A stretch of 64,000 nt of DNA from Candidatus Obscuribacteraceae bacterium. GTDB lineage: Bacteria > Cyanobacteriota > Vampirovibrionia > Obscuribacterales > Obscuribacteraceae. A program made the position numbers and the translations under genes. The notes beneath the pieces were generated by a model, which was given only the letters and a program-made list of their open reading frames with translations, made no database searches and was not told where the DNA came from. Shown here piece after piece: positions 41,608 to 51,700 of this stretch. Location of the stretch: NCBI GenBank assembly GCA_044229845.1, contig JBGASG010000008.1, positions 96,001-160,000 on the forward strand, written 5' to 3'. Position 1 is the stretch's first letter; every line of letters begins with the position of its first letter.

Positions 41608-43757
41608 TATTCTTCTTGTCCAGAACCGAGTGAGTAGAACCCTCTCCCACTGCTCACGTACTTACGCACCAGTTGGGAGACCTGACGCGGCGGATTGCTG
41701 CGCGCATAAATCTCTTCCAGCTTGTCCATGGCGAACGGCAAAGTCAAACTGTCGGCCCAGCGCAAGACGCCACCGCGAAACGCCGGGAAGCCGATGCCCT
41801 GAACCAGAGCCATATCCACTTCCCGCGGACGCATAACAATGCGCTCCTCCAGGCAGCGAGCGGCTTCATCAACCATCGGCAGAAACAGCTTATAGACAAT
41901 TTCCTGCTTGGTGGCTTCATCCGGTTTCTCGCTGGAGAGTTTGAAGCCGGATTCGGCAACCATACCTTCGTTGTAGCCGCCCTTCTTGCCGGTTTCGTCA
42001 TAGTGAAAAATGCGCGTGCCTGTCCGCTGTCCGTACGCACGTACCGCCTCCACACGCTCCATAACATCGGTGGAGGCAAAGCGTGTTCCAAAGGCATTGT
42101 GCAGGGTCTGCGCCACTTCGCACGAAAGGTCCAGCCCCACTTGGTCCAGCACTTCCCACGGACCCATCGGCATGCCGAATTCCACAATCGCGGAATCTAT
42201 CCAGGAAAGAGGCAGCCCTTCGGCAGCCATCTGCGCCGCTTCATACAAGCAGCACGTGATCAGACGATTGATCAAAAATCCCGGTCCGTCTTTCAATAAA
42301 ACCGGTGTTTTGTCGAGGGCGCACACCACACCAGCGGCGGTGGCGACCGCGGCTTTCGATGTGGCCGGCACCGAGATAATCTCGGCAAGCGGCATGCGCT
42401 CTACCGGCGTGAAGAAGTGCACGCCGAGAAATCGCTCAGGGTGCTCGACTGCGGCGGCCAGTTCTTTGAGGGGCAAGCAAGAGGTGTTGCTGGCAATCAC
42501 GCAATCGGGGCGTACCACCTGACTGACTGCCCGCAAGAGATCCGTCTTCACCGGCATGTCTTCGACGGTGGTCTCCAGCACGAAGTTAACGTCGGCTATG
42601 GCTTTTAGATCCGGCTCGATACTGATTGAATCGCTGACCAACTCGGGCGGAAAATCGTGCACCACCCGCACGCGGGCAGCCACTGCGTTCAAGCGTTCTA
42701 AGGTACGTCCAGTCCGTCCTTCATCGACGCAGAGGATCACTTTGACACCGTACGCCGCAGCCAGCGCTGCGATGCTGGTGGCCATCATGCCGCCCCCGAG
42801 CACAGCGATGGTGCCGACATCGCGGGCACCAAACTTGGCAGCCATATTTTGCGCCGACTGTTTGGCGAAATCTGTGGCAAAGAAGAGGCTCATCAAATTA
42901 GCGCTGACCTCGCCCAATGCCAGGTCGGCAAAAGTCTCGCTTTCCAGCTGCAAACCGGCCTCGATACCGTTGGCGATACCACAGCGAATTACTTCAATGG
43001 CTCTCGTTTGAGCCGGATAGTTGCCTCGTGTCTTGACGCGAACAGCGCGCTCAGTGATCGCCAGAAGTTTCTTCGACCGCTCATCGGACAGTTCATTGCC
43101 GAGATCGCGTTTGAGAGTGACTTTGCCGTCGGCAAGCTCCAGGGCAAACTTCTCCGCTTCATCAAGAAGCTGGTCGCGCTCGCAAAGTCGATCGACGATG
43201 TTCTTTGCCAGTGCGTCCTGGGCGGACAACGGTTCGGCGCTCAAAATCACATCGAGAGCTGTCTTCAGCCCGGACAGGCGCGGCAAGCGCTGGGTTCCGC
43301 CCAAACCGGGGATCAGCCCGATGCGTGTCTCAGGCAGACCAAGCAGCGTCGACTTGCTGTTGGTGGCGATGCGAGCCGTGCAGCTGAGCGCCAGCTCTAA
43401 TCCGCCACCGAGACAGATACCATGGATAGCTGCCACCACCGGTATGGGCAACTGGGAGAGTCGGTGCAAACCGCGTTGACCACGCCGGGAGAGATCGCCT
43501 ATCGACTCACGAGTGGTCAACTTGCGCACTTCTTGCAAGTCCGCTCCCAGACAGAACGAATCAGGCTTGCCACTGGCGACGACCAGAGCCTTGATGTCTT
43601 TGTCCTTGAGGACATGGTCCATCAATTCTTCGAGTTCGGCGACGGTGATGCCGCCAATGGCATTCACCTTGCCCGGTCCGTCGAGCAGCACCAGGGCGCA
43701 ACCGGAAGGTTTCTTGATCAGCATCAGCTGACGGGTGGGGGTGGCCGTTTCAGTCAT
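41607..43757 (-). CDS. Fatty-acid oxidation complex alpha subunit (enoyl-CoA hydratase / 3-hydroxyacyl-CoA dehydrogenase, FadJ/FadB-like)
   Basis: GADL, GGGLELAL, GLPE, GGTQRLPRL, ASNTS, GVHFF, PGFLINR, PMGP, GFPAFRGG. Confidence 0.9.
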   Translation of the reverse strand: MTETATPTRQLMLIKKPSGCALVLLDGPGKVNAIGGITVAELEELMDHVLKDKDIKALVVASGKPDSFCLGADLQEVRKLTTRESIGDLSRRGQRGLHRLSQLPIPVVAAIHGICLGGGLELALSCTARIATNSKSTLLGLPETRIGLIPGLGGTQRLPRLSGLKTALDVILSAEPLSAQDALAKNIVDRLCERDQLLDEAEKFALELADGKVTLKRDLGNELSDERSKKLLAITERAVRVKTRGNYPAQTRAIEVIRCGIANGIEAGLQLESETFADLALGEVSANLMSLFFATDFAKQSAQNMAAKFGARDVGTIAVLGGGMMATSIAALAAAYGVKVILCVDEGRTGRTLERLNAVAARVRVVHDFPPELVSDSISIEPDLKAIADVNFVLETTVEDMPVKTDLLRAVSQVVRPDCVIASNTSCLPLKELAAAVEHPERFLGVHFFTPVERMPLAEIISVPATSKAAVATAAGVVCALDKTPVLLKDGPGFLINRLITCCLYEAAQMAAEGLPLSWIDSAIVEFGMPMGPWEVLDQVGLDLSCEVAQTLHNAFGTRFASTDVMERVEAVRAYGQRTGTRIFHYDETGKKGGYNEGMVAESGFKLSSEKPDEATKQEIVYKLFLPMVDEAARCLEERIVMRPREVDMALVQGIGFPAFRGGVLRWADSLTLPFAMDKLEEIYARSNPPRQVSQLVRKYVSSGRGFYSLGSGQEE

Positions 43758-44298
43758 TGTCTTTAGTCAACTTCAATTGCTTACGGATGCCCACGCCTTT
43801 CAGCATGAGGGCAACACCGGCGGCTAGGGGGACGAACATGAGTATAAAGCTAATGGCGCTCACCATCGGGAAGGTGATGACCAGCTGCGAGAGAATGGTA
43901 AAGATTACCAGCGCCAGTCCCAGTCCGGTGACGATGTAACCGGCTCGCCACTTGCTGTTGTAGAAGATCATGCCGATACCGATCAGCAGAGGCAAGAAGA
44001 CAAAACCGCCGCCTCCCGCTCCGAATCCCAACCAGGCGAGAGCACCCGTGCCGATGCGAATATTGCTGAACACCATCAGGATGCCAACCGCCAGAGCCAC
44101 CAGACCGCCGATCATATAAAGATCGGCTTTCAGCTCCTCACCGTCGTCGGCGACTGCGTGCTTTTTGGCGCCCCCAGACTTGGCTTCGCGCTTTTCTTCT
44201 TCGCGCGCCACTTCGTCTTGTTTGAGCTCTTCCTGGTGTAGAGCCAGTTCTAGCTGCTCTAGTTTGTTTTCTATTTCGTCATCCCGTTTTTTGGGCAT
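43750..44298 (-). CDS. Hypothetical membrane protein (4 TM)
   Basis: Charged N-terminus plus four hydrophobic helices; overlaps the start of the fadJ-like gene. Confidence 0.75.
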   Translation of the reverse strand: MPKKRDDEIENKLEQLELALHQEELKQDEVAREEEKREAKSGGAKKHAVADDGEELKADLYMIGGLVALAVGILMVFSNIRIGTGALAWLGFGAGGGGFVFLPLLIGIGMIFYNSKWRAGYIVTGLGLALVIFTILSQLVITFPMVSAISFILMFVPLAAGVALMLKGVGIRKQLKLTKDND

Positions 44299-44330
44299 GG
44301 CTTGCTGGCTTCCTCAAATGAGCCGGGTGC

Positions 44331-46019
44331 TTACAATACAGACTTGTCAGCGGTTTTTCCAGCCTCTGCCTGCTCTCTGAAACGTTGTGCAATAGGCATG
44401 CGCCAGCCAAATCCGAACGACTGCGAGGTCACCTTGAGCCCCGGCGCCGCTTGATATCGTTTGTACTCGTTGCGGTCGATGCGGTTGACTACATCCATAA
44501 CCACATCCGGGCGATACCCCAGCTTGACAATCTCGGCTGCCGATTTGCGCTCTTCGACATAAGCCCGCAATATGCCGTCCAGCACCACATATGGAGGCAA
44601 CGTGTCCTGGTCTTTTTGGTCCGGACGCAGCTCCGCCGATGGTGGCTTCTCGATGGTAGCGGCAGGAATAATTTCGTGCGCGTTGATCTCATTGATGTAT
44701 TGGGCCAGCTCGTAGACCATCATCTTCGGCAAGTCGGATATCACCGCCAGTCCGCCGCACATGTCGCCGTATAAAGTGCAATAACCGACAGCCAGTTCAG
44801 ACTTGTTGCCGGTGGTCAAAACTAAATAACCGAATTTGTTGGACAGCGACATCAAAATCAAACCGCGCAATCGGGCTTGCATGTTCTCTTCCGTGAGGTC
44901 GGGCTGGGTATCCGCGAAGAGCGGCGCCAGAGTTTCTTCCATAGCCGTCATGCCGAGATTGATCGGCACCACTTCGTGGCGAATACCGAGGTTGGCGGCC
45001 AGCTGTTTGGCGTCGGTGATGCTGCCCTCAGATGAGTGAGGCGAAGGCATCAACACACCCATGACGCTCTCGGCGCCCAGCGCATCCACAGCCAGTGCCG
45101 CCACCACCGCCGAATCGATGCCGCCGGAAAGTCCGACTACCGCTCTGGTGAAACCACACTTGCGCATGTAGTCGCGCGTGCCCAACACAAGCGCCTTGTG
45201 GATGTTTTCGACGTTGTCTTCCGGACACTGGCGAATCGGACCGGCACCGGTTTGCAGGTCGACCAGAATCAGGTCTTCCTGGAATGCCGCCGCCTGCGCG
45301 ATTAAGGTGCCGCCAGCGTCGACAACGATGGAACGCCCGTCGAATATCAGCTCGTCGTTGCCGCCGACTTGATTGACGTATACGACCGGAATCTGGTTTT
45401 TCTGCGCGTGGCTGCGCACCAGCTCGTGGCGAATATGCTGCTTGCCTATCGAATAGGGAGATGCCGAGATATTGATGAGCAGCTGAGGTTTGCCGGTTGT
45501 GCTCGATATGAGCTTGGCGATCGGATCATGTTGATACCGCGGGCGGGGATATATCGAGCCCTCGTTCCAGATATCTTCGCAAATCGATAGACCGATTAGA
45601 TTTTCTCCCAGCGTGGCACAGCCGTGCGTCACTGCCGGCTCGAAATAACGGTCTTCGTCAAAGACATCGTATGTGGGTAGAAGAGTCTTATATTGCACGG
45701 TCTGCATGACGCCGCCATGGAGGAAGGCACACGCGTTTCGCAACGGCCGACCGGGATGCTCGTTTCTGTCGACAAAGCCGAGAACCACAGCTATATGCGC
45801 CAGTCGTGCTTGTATATCTGCAACACCCTGTAAAGTCGCATCCACGAAACTAGGCTTCAGTAGCAGATCGAGCGGTGGATATCCGCAGACGGCCAGCTCC
45901 GGAAACACAACCATATCAGCGCCCAAATCGCTGGACCGGAGCCCGTAGTCGACGATCCGCTCAACATTACCGGTGATGTCACCGACCGTTGGATTAATTT
46001 GTGCCAGAGCGATTTTCAT
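44331..46019 (-). CDS. nadE: Glutamine-dependent NAD+ synthetase
   Basis: Nitrilase domain (FPEL, ICEDIW) plus SGGIDS, TTGNKSE, PPSAEL, NEYKRYQ. Confidence 0.96.
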   Translation of the reverse strand: MKIALAQINPTVGDITGNVERIVDYGLRSSDLGADMVVFPELAVCGYPPLDLLLKPSFVDATLQGVADIQARLAHIAVVLGFVDRNEHPGRPLRNACAFLHGGVMQTVQYKTLLPTYDVFDEDRYFEPAVTHGCATLGENLIGLSICEDIWNEGSIYPRPRYQHDPIAKLISSTTGKPQLLINISASPYSIGKQHIRHELVRSHAQKNQIPVVYVNQVGGNDELIFDGRSIVVDAGGTLIAQAAAFQEDLILVDLQTGAGPIRQCPEDNVENIHKALVLGTRDYMRKCGFTRAVVGLSGGIDSAVVAALAVDALGAESVMGVLMPSPHSSEGSITDAKQLAANLGIRHEVVPINLGMTAMEETLAPLFADTQPDLTEENMQARLRGLILMSLSNKFGYLVLTTGNKSELAVGYCTLYGDMCGGLAVISDLPKMMVYELAQYINEINAHEIIPAATIEKPPSAELRPDQKDQDTLPPYVVLDGILRAYVEERKSAAEIVKLGYRPDVVMDVVNRIDRNEYKRYQAAPGLKVTSQSFGFGWRMPIAQRFREQAEAGKTADKSVL

Positions 46020-46102
46020 GAGCTGTCCCTATTCGCCCGATATCGGCGCAGGTCCGCATTCCGAGCCGAACACCATTATATGAATAAGGCCTTGTCAGTT
46101 CC

Positions 46103-47560
46103 ATGTCAACAGCTATAATCGAATTATCCTTGACTGACTTTCCTCCCACCTTACTAGGAAGGCCGCCCCTCCGCATGAGTCTCGCACCCCGCCGGCGACC
46201 GTTGTTCGCCCTTTTATCCGCCCTTGCAATCCTCACTTCCGCAGCCACATCCCTGGTGGTGCCGCAAGCCGCCACGGCTCGTGAATCGTCCGCCGCCGGA
46301 CACACCGCCGATGGTGCCGGACTATGGATCACCATGTGGGACTATCCGAGCGGAGACCTCGATGCCTACTGCAACAACCTGCGTGCCAACGGCATCCGCA
46401 ACCTCTTCGTGCAGACCTCTCGCAGCAATACACCTGCGATCGTCAAACCGACCGAACTGGGCAATTTGATCGACGCCTGTCACCGCCATCAAATCCGCGT
46501 TGTTGCCTGGTCATTTGCCACTCTCACCAGCCCGGTCGCCGATGCCGACAAAATGGTGGCAGCCGCTGAGTTTACCTCTCCAGGCGGCGACCGCATCGAC
46601 GGACTGGCACCGGATCTGGAGACCAATCTCGAGTTGTGGCGCGTCGAAGCCTACAGCAAGCGGTTGCGCGAGAAACTGGGCAACAACTATCCTTTGACCG
46701 CCGTGGTCTACAGCCCGCTCAACAAGGCTCCGGAAGTGGCTCGCACACCGTGGCGCTTGCTGGCCAAGTACTACGACGTGATCGCGCCGATGGCTTACTG
46801 GAACAGCAAGTGGGCCAAGCTCGATGCCTATGAATACACGGTCGAGACTGTCCAGCGCATCCGCGAACTGACCGCGCGCCCGGACATGGAGATTCACGTG
46901 ATCGGCGATGGCATGGGCACCAAGAAAGACGCGATTGCCATGTTCATGAAAGGCTGCCAGCGCGCCGAGGCGACCAGCGCCAGTCTGTATCCCAACCACA
47001 AGGTGACCGACGAACAGCTGGCATCGATGTCGCGCTACAGCGACTACTTCAAAGCCAACTCGCGCGTGCGCCTGGCGGCATTCAAAGAAATGATGAACGG
47101 CGGTGACCTGAATGCCCCGCCCCTCAGCGACCCGTCGCAGCCGATCAACCGTGGCGACTTCTACGCACTGGTCTGCAAGCAACTGGTGCTGCGCGGCAGC
47201 GCCAAAGCCACCAGCATGCGCGATTTGAGCCAGTTGGAAGCCTATCAGTTGTTGCTCAACAGCGGCATGTTGCCCCAGCCCACCAAGATGGGTGATGCTT
47301 GCGAAAGGCTGATTCTGCCTATATCGCAGCAAGAAGCGACGTCGTTGATTGCCCATGTGGTCGCCTCCAAACACGGAGGGCATCACGGGCGCAGTCGGCA
47401 TATCTCAGCCATCGGCCGCGGCAGTGTCGGCGCGTTGATTGGCGGGCATCTGACTCCGCCAGCAGCGGCAGCCATGCCGGCGGTGCCGACCTCGGCGGCC
47501 AATGCAGTCAACTATCTCGATGCAGCGCACATGGTGCTGCAAGCGCGCTCGTCACTTTAG
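46103..47560 (+). CDS. Exported glycoside-hydrolase-like TIM-barrel protein with an SLH-like C-terminus (start probably 46175)
   Basis: GLWIT, DGLAPDLE, DVIAPMAYW pattern; PSQPINRGDF and PISQQEA resemble SLH motifs. Confidence 0.6.
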   Translation: MSTAIIELSLTDFPPTLLGRPPLRMSLAPRRRPLFALLSALAILTSAATSLVVPQAATARESSAAGHTADGAGLWITMWDYPSGDLDAYCNNLRANGIRNLFVQTSRSNTPAIVKPTELGNLIDACHRHQIRVVAWSFATLTSPVADADKMVAAAEFTSPGGDRIDGLAPDLETNLELWRVEAYSKRLREKLGNNYPLTAVVYSPLNKAPEVARTPWRLLAKYYDVIAPMAYWNSKWAKLDAYEYTVETVQRIRELTARPDMEIHVIGDGMGTKKDAIAMFMKGCQRAEATSASLYPNHKVTDEQLASMSRYSDYFKANSRVRLAAFKEMMNGGDLNAPPLSDPSQPINRGDFYALVCKQLVLRGSAKATSMRDLSQLEAYQLLLNSGMLPQPTKMGDACERLILPISQQEATSLIAHVVASKHGGHHGRSRHISAIGRGSVGALIGGHLTPPAAAAMPAVPTSAANAVNYLDAAHMVLQARSSL

Positions 47561-47825
47561 GTCATCGGCTAGAGCATCCGCTCGTATCTACTTAACTCGG
47601 CCCAAGTGGCGGCCGCGAAGCGAGCGCGATGACTCGATGCAGCCCCTCGAATCCATTTATTGATGGGTTATTACTTCGAAAAGCGGGTAAATGGCTTATA
47701 CGTCAGTGAGTGCTGGTTTGGAAGGAGACATAGGAGTCTCGAGGTTGCCATCTGGGTGGCATAATCAGCCTTTTCGCTGCCATTAAATCTGCATCTTTAT
47801 CGATTTAAAGGTGTTATCCTGTTAG

Positions 47826-47980
47826 TAGCTAAAAATACGATGGATTCAGGTGTTCAGCCTGATTCACCCGCACACGAAAGGGGGCAATCCTGACCTGCGG
47901 GACATAGGTTTCATTCGGAAGGGTGGCAGCGAGGCTGTCAGCCCTTTTCGTCGTTTTATAGGGTGTTAGGAGGTTCTCGC
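47826..47980 (+). promoter_or_regulatory. Structured 5' leader of hpf/lrtA
   Basis: Extended -10-like TGTTATCCT (47812-47820), three consecutive stems, AGGAGG RBS at 47968. Confidence 0.5.
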
Positions 47981-48580
47981 ATGCATGTAACCGTCACCGG
48001 ACGAAACATAGACCTGACTCCTCCATTGAAAGAGTACTTGATGGACAAACTGCGCCGAGCGCAGAAGCATTTCGATCATCCGCTGGAAGTAACCGCAACG
48101 CTCAGCGTTGCTAAGAACCCATCCATAGCCGACAACCAGACCGTTGAGGTAAGCATCAAAGTCAACGGCACTGTCATCCGCGGCGAAGAATCGACCGAAA
48201 ACATGTACGCATCAATCGACCTCGTCGCCGACAAGATTGAGCGTCAGTTGCGCAAATACAAGACCAAGTACTGGCACAAGGGAGCCAAGGGCAACGGGCA
48301 TCGCGTCGCCGACGACGACGAGCCGGTTGTGCTGGACACGGGCGCAGAAGAAGACGATGAAATGGCAGTTGTTCGCGCCATGAACTTCGACGATCTCAAG
48401 CCGAAAATCGTCCGTTCCAAGCGTTTTCCATTGAAGCCCATGACTGCCGAAGAGGCCGCCGCCCACATGGATCTGCTAGGACATGACTTCTTCATGTTCA
48501 TCAACTCAGATTCCGGTCAGGTCAACACGGTCTATCACCGTCGCGACGGCAACTACGGACTGATTGAACCGGAAGTCTGA
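47981..48580 (+). CDS. hpf: Ribosome hibernation promoting factor, long form (HPF/RaiA/LrtA)
   Basis: VTGRNIDLT, NMYASIDLVADKIERQLRKYK, KPMTAEEA...LGHDFF...YHRRDGNYGLIEP. Confidence 0.95.
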   Translation: MHVTVTGRNIDLTPPLKEYLMDKLRRAQKHFDHPLEVTATLSVAKNPSIADNQTVEVSIKVNGTVIRGEESTENMYASIDLVADKIERQLRKYKTKYWHKGAKGNGHRVADDDEPVVLDTGAEEDDEMAVVRAMNFDDLKPKIVRSKRFPLKPMTAEEAAAHMDLLGHDFFMFINSDSGQVNTVYHRRDGNYGLIEPEV

Positions 48581-48721
48581 AGTCCGGACACCAAAATCCA
48601 GGTTTAAATTACGTTGACTCTAGGTCTAACCCTCGGGCGGGCTTCAACGGTTTCCTTTAGAATCGCTAAGTGGGATTCGTGCTCTCGCCTTTTTTCTGCA
48701 CTTTTTTGAGGTATTCCGGCT

Positions 48722-51700
48722 TTGGGTAACAACGTCTTTTTGGCGTCGCGTCGCAAGAGGGTCTCTCTCTTGATTTCCTGCCTGAGCACGCTATTGGCAG
48801 CCACCGTCACCATCTCGCCCTGGTCGCCGTCTCCCAGCAACTTTGCATACGCTGCCGCCAGCGGAGCGGTAATCAGCCTCAACAACGAAGGCGTCAAAGC
48901 ACTCAACGCCGGCAACTATCAACTCGCCATTCAGAAATTCGAAGCCGCTTACAAGCTCGACCCCACCTATCAACTGGCGCGGGAGAACCTCGCCATCGCC
49001 TACAACAACTACGGTCTGCAGATGCAGAACAACCCGGGCGAAGCCATCAAGTGGTTCCACAAGTCACTGTCGCTCAACCCGAACAACGCCACCACTCAAG
49101 GCAACCTCAACACCATCGTGCAGATGCTGGGCAAAAACCCGGGCAGCTACAAAGACCGCATGGAGATGGGACGGGCAGCGCGTCTCGCCGGCGACTTCGA
49201 TGGTGCCATCGTCGAATATGCAGCGGCGCTGCGCATCAAAGACGACCCCAAATTGCATGCCGACCTCGGCGATGTTTACCGCGTGCGCGATCGGCTTGAT
49301 GACGCCATTCGCGAGTTTCAGGCAGCACTGAAGTCCGGCGTAGATCCGGCAACCGCCGCCGATGTCAACGTAAAACTCGGTCAGGCATTCCAGGCCAAGA
49401 AAGACCTCAAGTCGGCGATCGTGGCTTACGGTGAGGCGATCAAAGCCAAGCCCGACGACCGCGACGTGCTCGATGCCTTGCAAGCCGGTTGGGAACAGGC
49501 TCTGCGCGAGAATCCCCAGGCACCGGAAAACCATATCGGTCTCGGACAAGCGCTGCAATACCGCGGCGACTTCCAGCAAGCCGAAGCCGAATACAAGATG
49601 GCTCTGCGTTTCGATCCCAACAATGCCATCGCCAAACGGCTCCTGGCAGGCATCCCCGATGCCAAACGGCAGTCCGCGATCAACAAGAACATCAACGCCG
49701 GCGTCGACTTGCAAGCACGCAAGCAATACGACATGGCTATCGCTCAATATTTGGAAGCACTGAAAGCTGATCCGAAAAACGTCGACGTGATCGTCAACAT
49801 CGGGACCGCATTCCAGGCGAAGGGCGACTACGACAACGCGATTGCCTACTACCAGAAAGCTCAGGCGATTCAGCCCAGTAATCAATTAGCGGCGCAAGGC
49901 ATCAAAGCATCAACCGCTGAGAAACGCGAGAAGATGCTGGAAGCCGCAGGCAAAGCCGGTCAGGAACTGTTTGCTGCCAAGAAATACCCTGAAGCTCTCG
50001 CTGCATATCAAAAGGTAGCGGCGGCGCAACCGGAAGATCCGGAAAACCACTTCAACATCGGCGCCGTGCTGCAAGCTATGGGTCGGTTGGATGAAGCGAT
50101 TGCCGAGTACAACCAGGCGATCCGCTTGAACAAAGATCCCAAGGAGAAACGGTACGACGACGCTCTTGCTGCGGCACGGAAGAAGAAAGCCGATCCGATT
50201 ATGGAACAGGCAGTCGCCGCCCACAAAGCCAAGGACTACAACAAGGCGATCGATCTGTATCAACAAGCAATCAGCTTGCAGCCCGACAACGCCAGCTTGT
50301 ACTTCAACCTGGCTGGTGCTCTGTACTCGCGTGAGAATTATCCGGACGCGCAGAAGAACTACGAGAAAGCGCTGCAACTGGATCCGAAAGGACAAGTCGA
50401 CGACCTCTGGTTGATCGGCGCCATTCAAGAACACATGGGCGATGGCTATGCCGCCATGGGCTCGTACCGCAAATATGTGACGCAGGCACCGAGCGGAAAA
50501 TTCATCGCGTTAGCCAAGGACCGTCTTGATGCCCTGACAAGAAACCCGCGCGACACGCAGAAGATCAAGAACGAAGCCGAGCTGAATGCCATCGCCTCCG
50601 CCGGTGACGCGTACAAAGCTGGTACGGCCGCGTACGCCGAAAAACGCTACGACGAAGCCCTCGCCGCGTATCAGAAGGCATTCGCCGCGCAGCCGAAAGA
50701 ACCTGCCTACGCCTACGCAGTCGGCACCGCTTTTCACGCGAAGCAAGACTACGACAACGCAATGAAGTGGTATCAATCCGCTGCCGAAATTTTGAAGGGA
50801 CAGACTAAACCGGATCCGGTCCTGGTCAAGGACATTCCGGCAGCCATGGAAAAAGCCATGGGCGACAAAGCCGAGCCAATTGCTAAAGCTGCTGTCGAGA
50901 AACAAACAGCCGGCGACCTTGCGGGCGCTATAGCGATGTATAACCAGGCACTACAGCTGATACCAAAGAACGCTCCCCTGTGGACAAACTTAGGTTCCGC
51001 CTACCAAAACAGCGACGACTTCCAGAACGCGCGCAACGCGTATCAAAAGGCTCTGGACCTCGACAAGAAAGCCTCGTGCGCCAACTACTATTTGCTCGCC
51101 AAAATCGATGAGCACTTCGGCAAGGCATCGGACGCGCTCAACAACTATCGCAAGTACCTCTCGGAATGTGGTGGCGGACAGTTCTCCGCCGACGCCAACG
51201 ATCGCGTCAAGATACTGGCACAGGGCGGACCGACGCAGAAGCTATCGACCCAAGCTGAAATCAAAACAGCCAAGGCCGCCGGCGATGCATTCGATGCAGC
51301 CACCAAAGCGCAGACAGCCGGCAACTGGGACGAAGCAATCGCCAACTACAACAAAGCGATTCAGATTCAACCGAAGGAACCGGCTTATCTGTTCGGCTTG
51401 GGTTCCGCCTATCAAGGAAAGCAGGACTTTGCAAACGCAATCGTCTGGTATCAAAAGGCAGTCGACCTGGCCAACTCGCCCGAGTTGAAGACAAAGTATA
51501 AGGATCAAATCGCTGAGTACAGTAAATATCTGGGCATCGCCAAGACAGGCGCCATGCAACCGATCGCTGACGAAGCACTGAAACTGTTCCAGGCGCAAGA
51601 CTACAAGGGTGCGGCTGGAAAGTACCGTCAAGCTCTAACCATGATGCCCGACGATCCGGACCTGCACCTCAACCTGGCAGCAGCACTGCAGGCCGCCGAC

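Noticed and set aside
46104..46135. TGTCAA...TTGACT near the nadE promoter as a third 52-bp-type array
   Set aside because: Single unit, spacing is 20 rather than 17, and the second hexamer mismatches.
47640..47980. Firmicutes/Actinobacteria raiA motif RNA
   Set aside because: I could not find its conserved sequence blocks; reported only as a structured leader.
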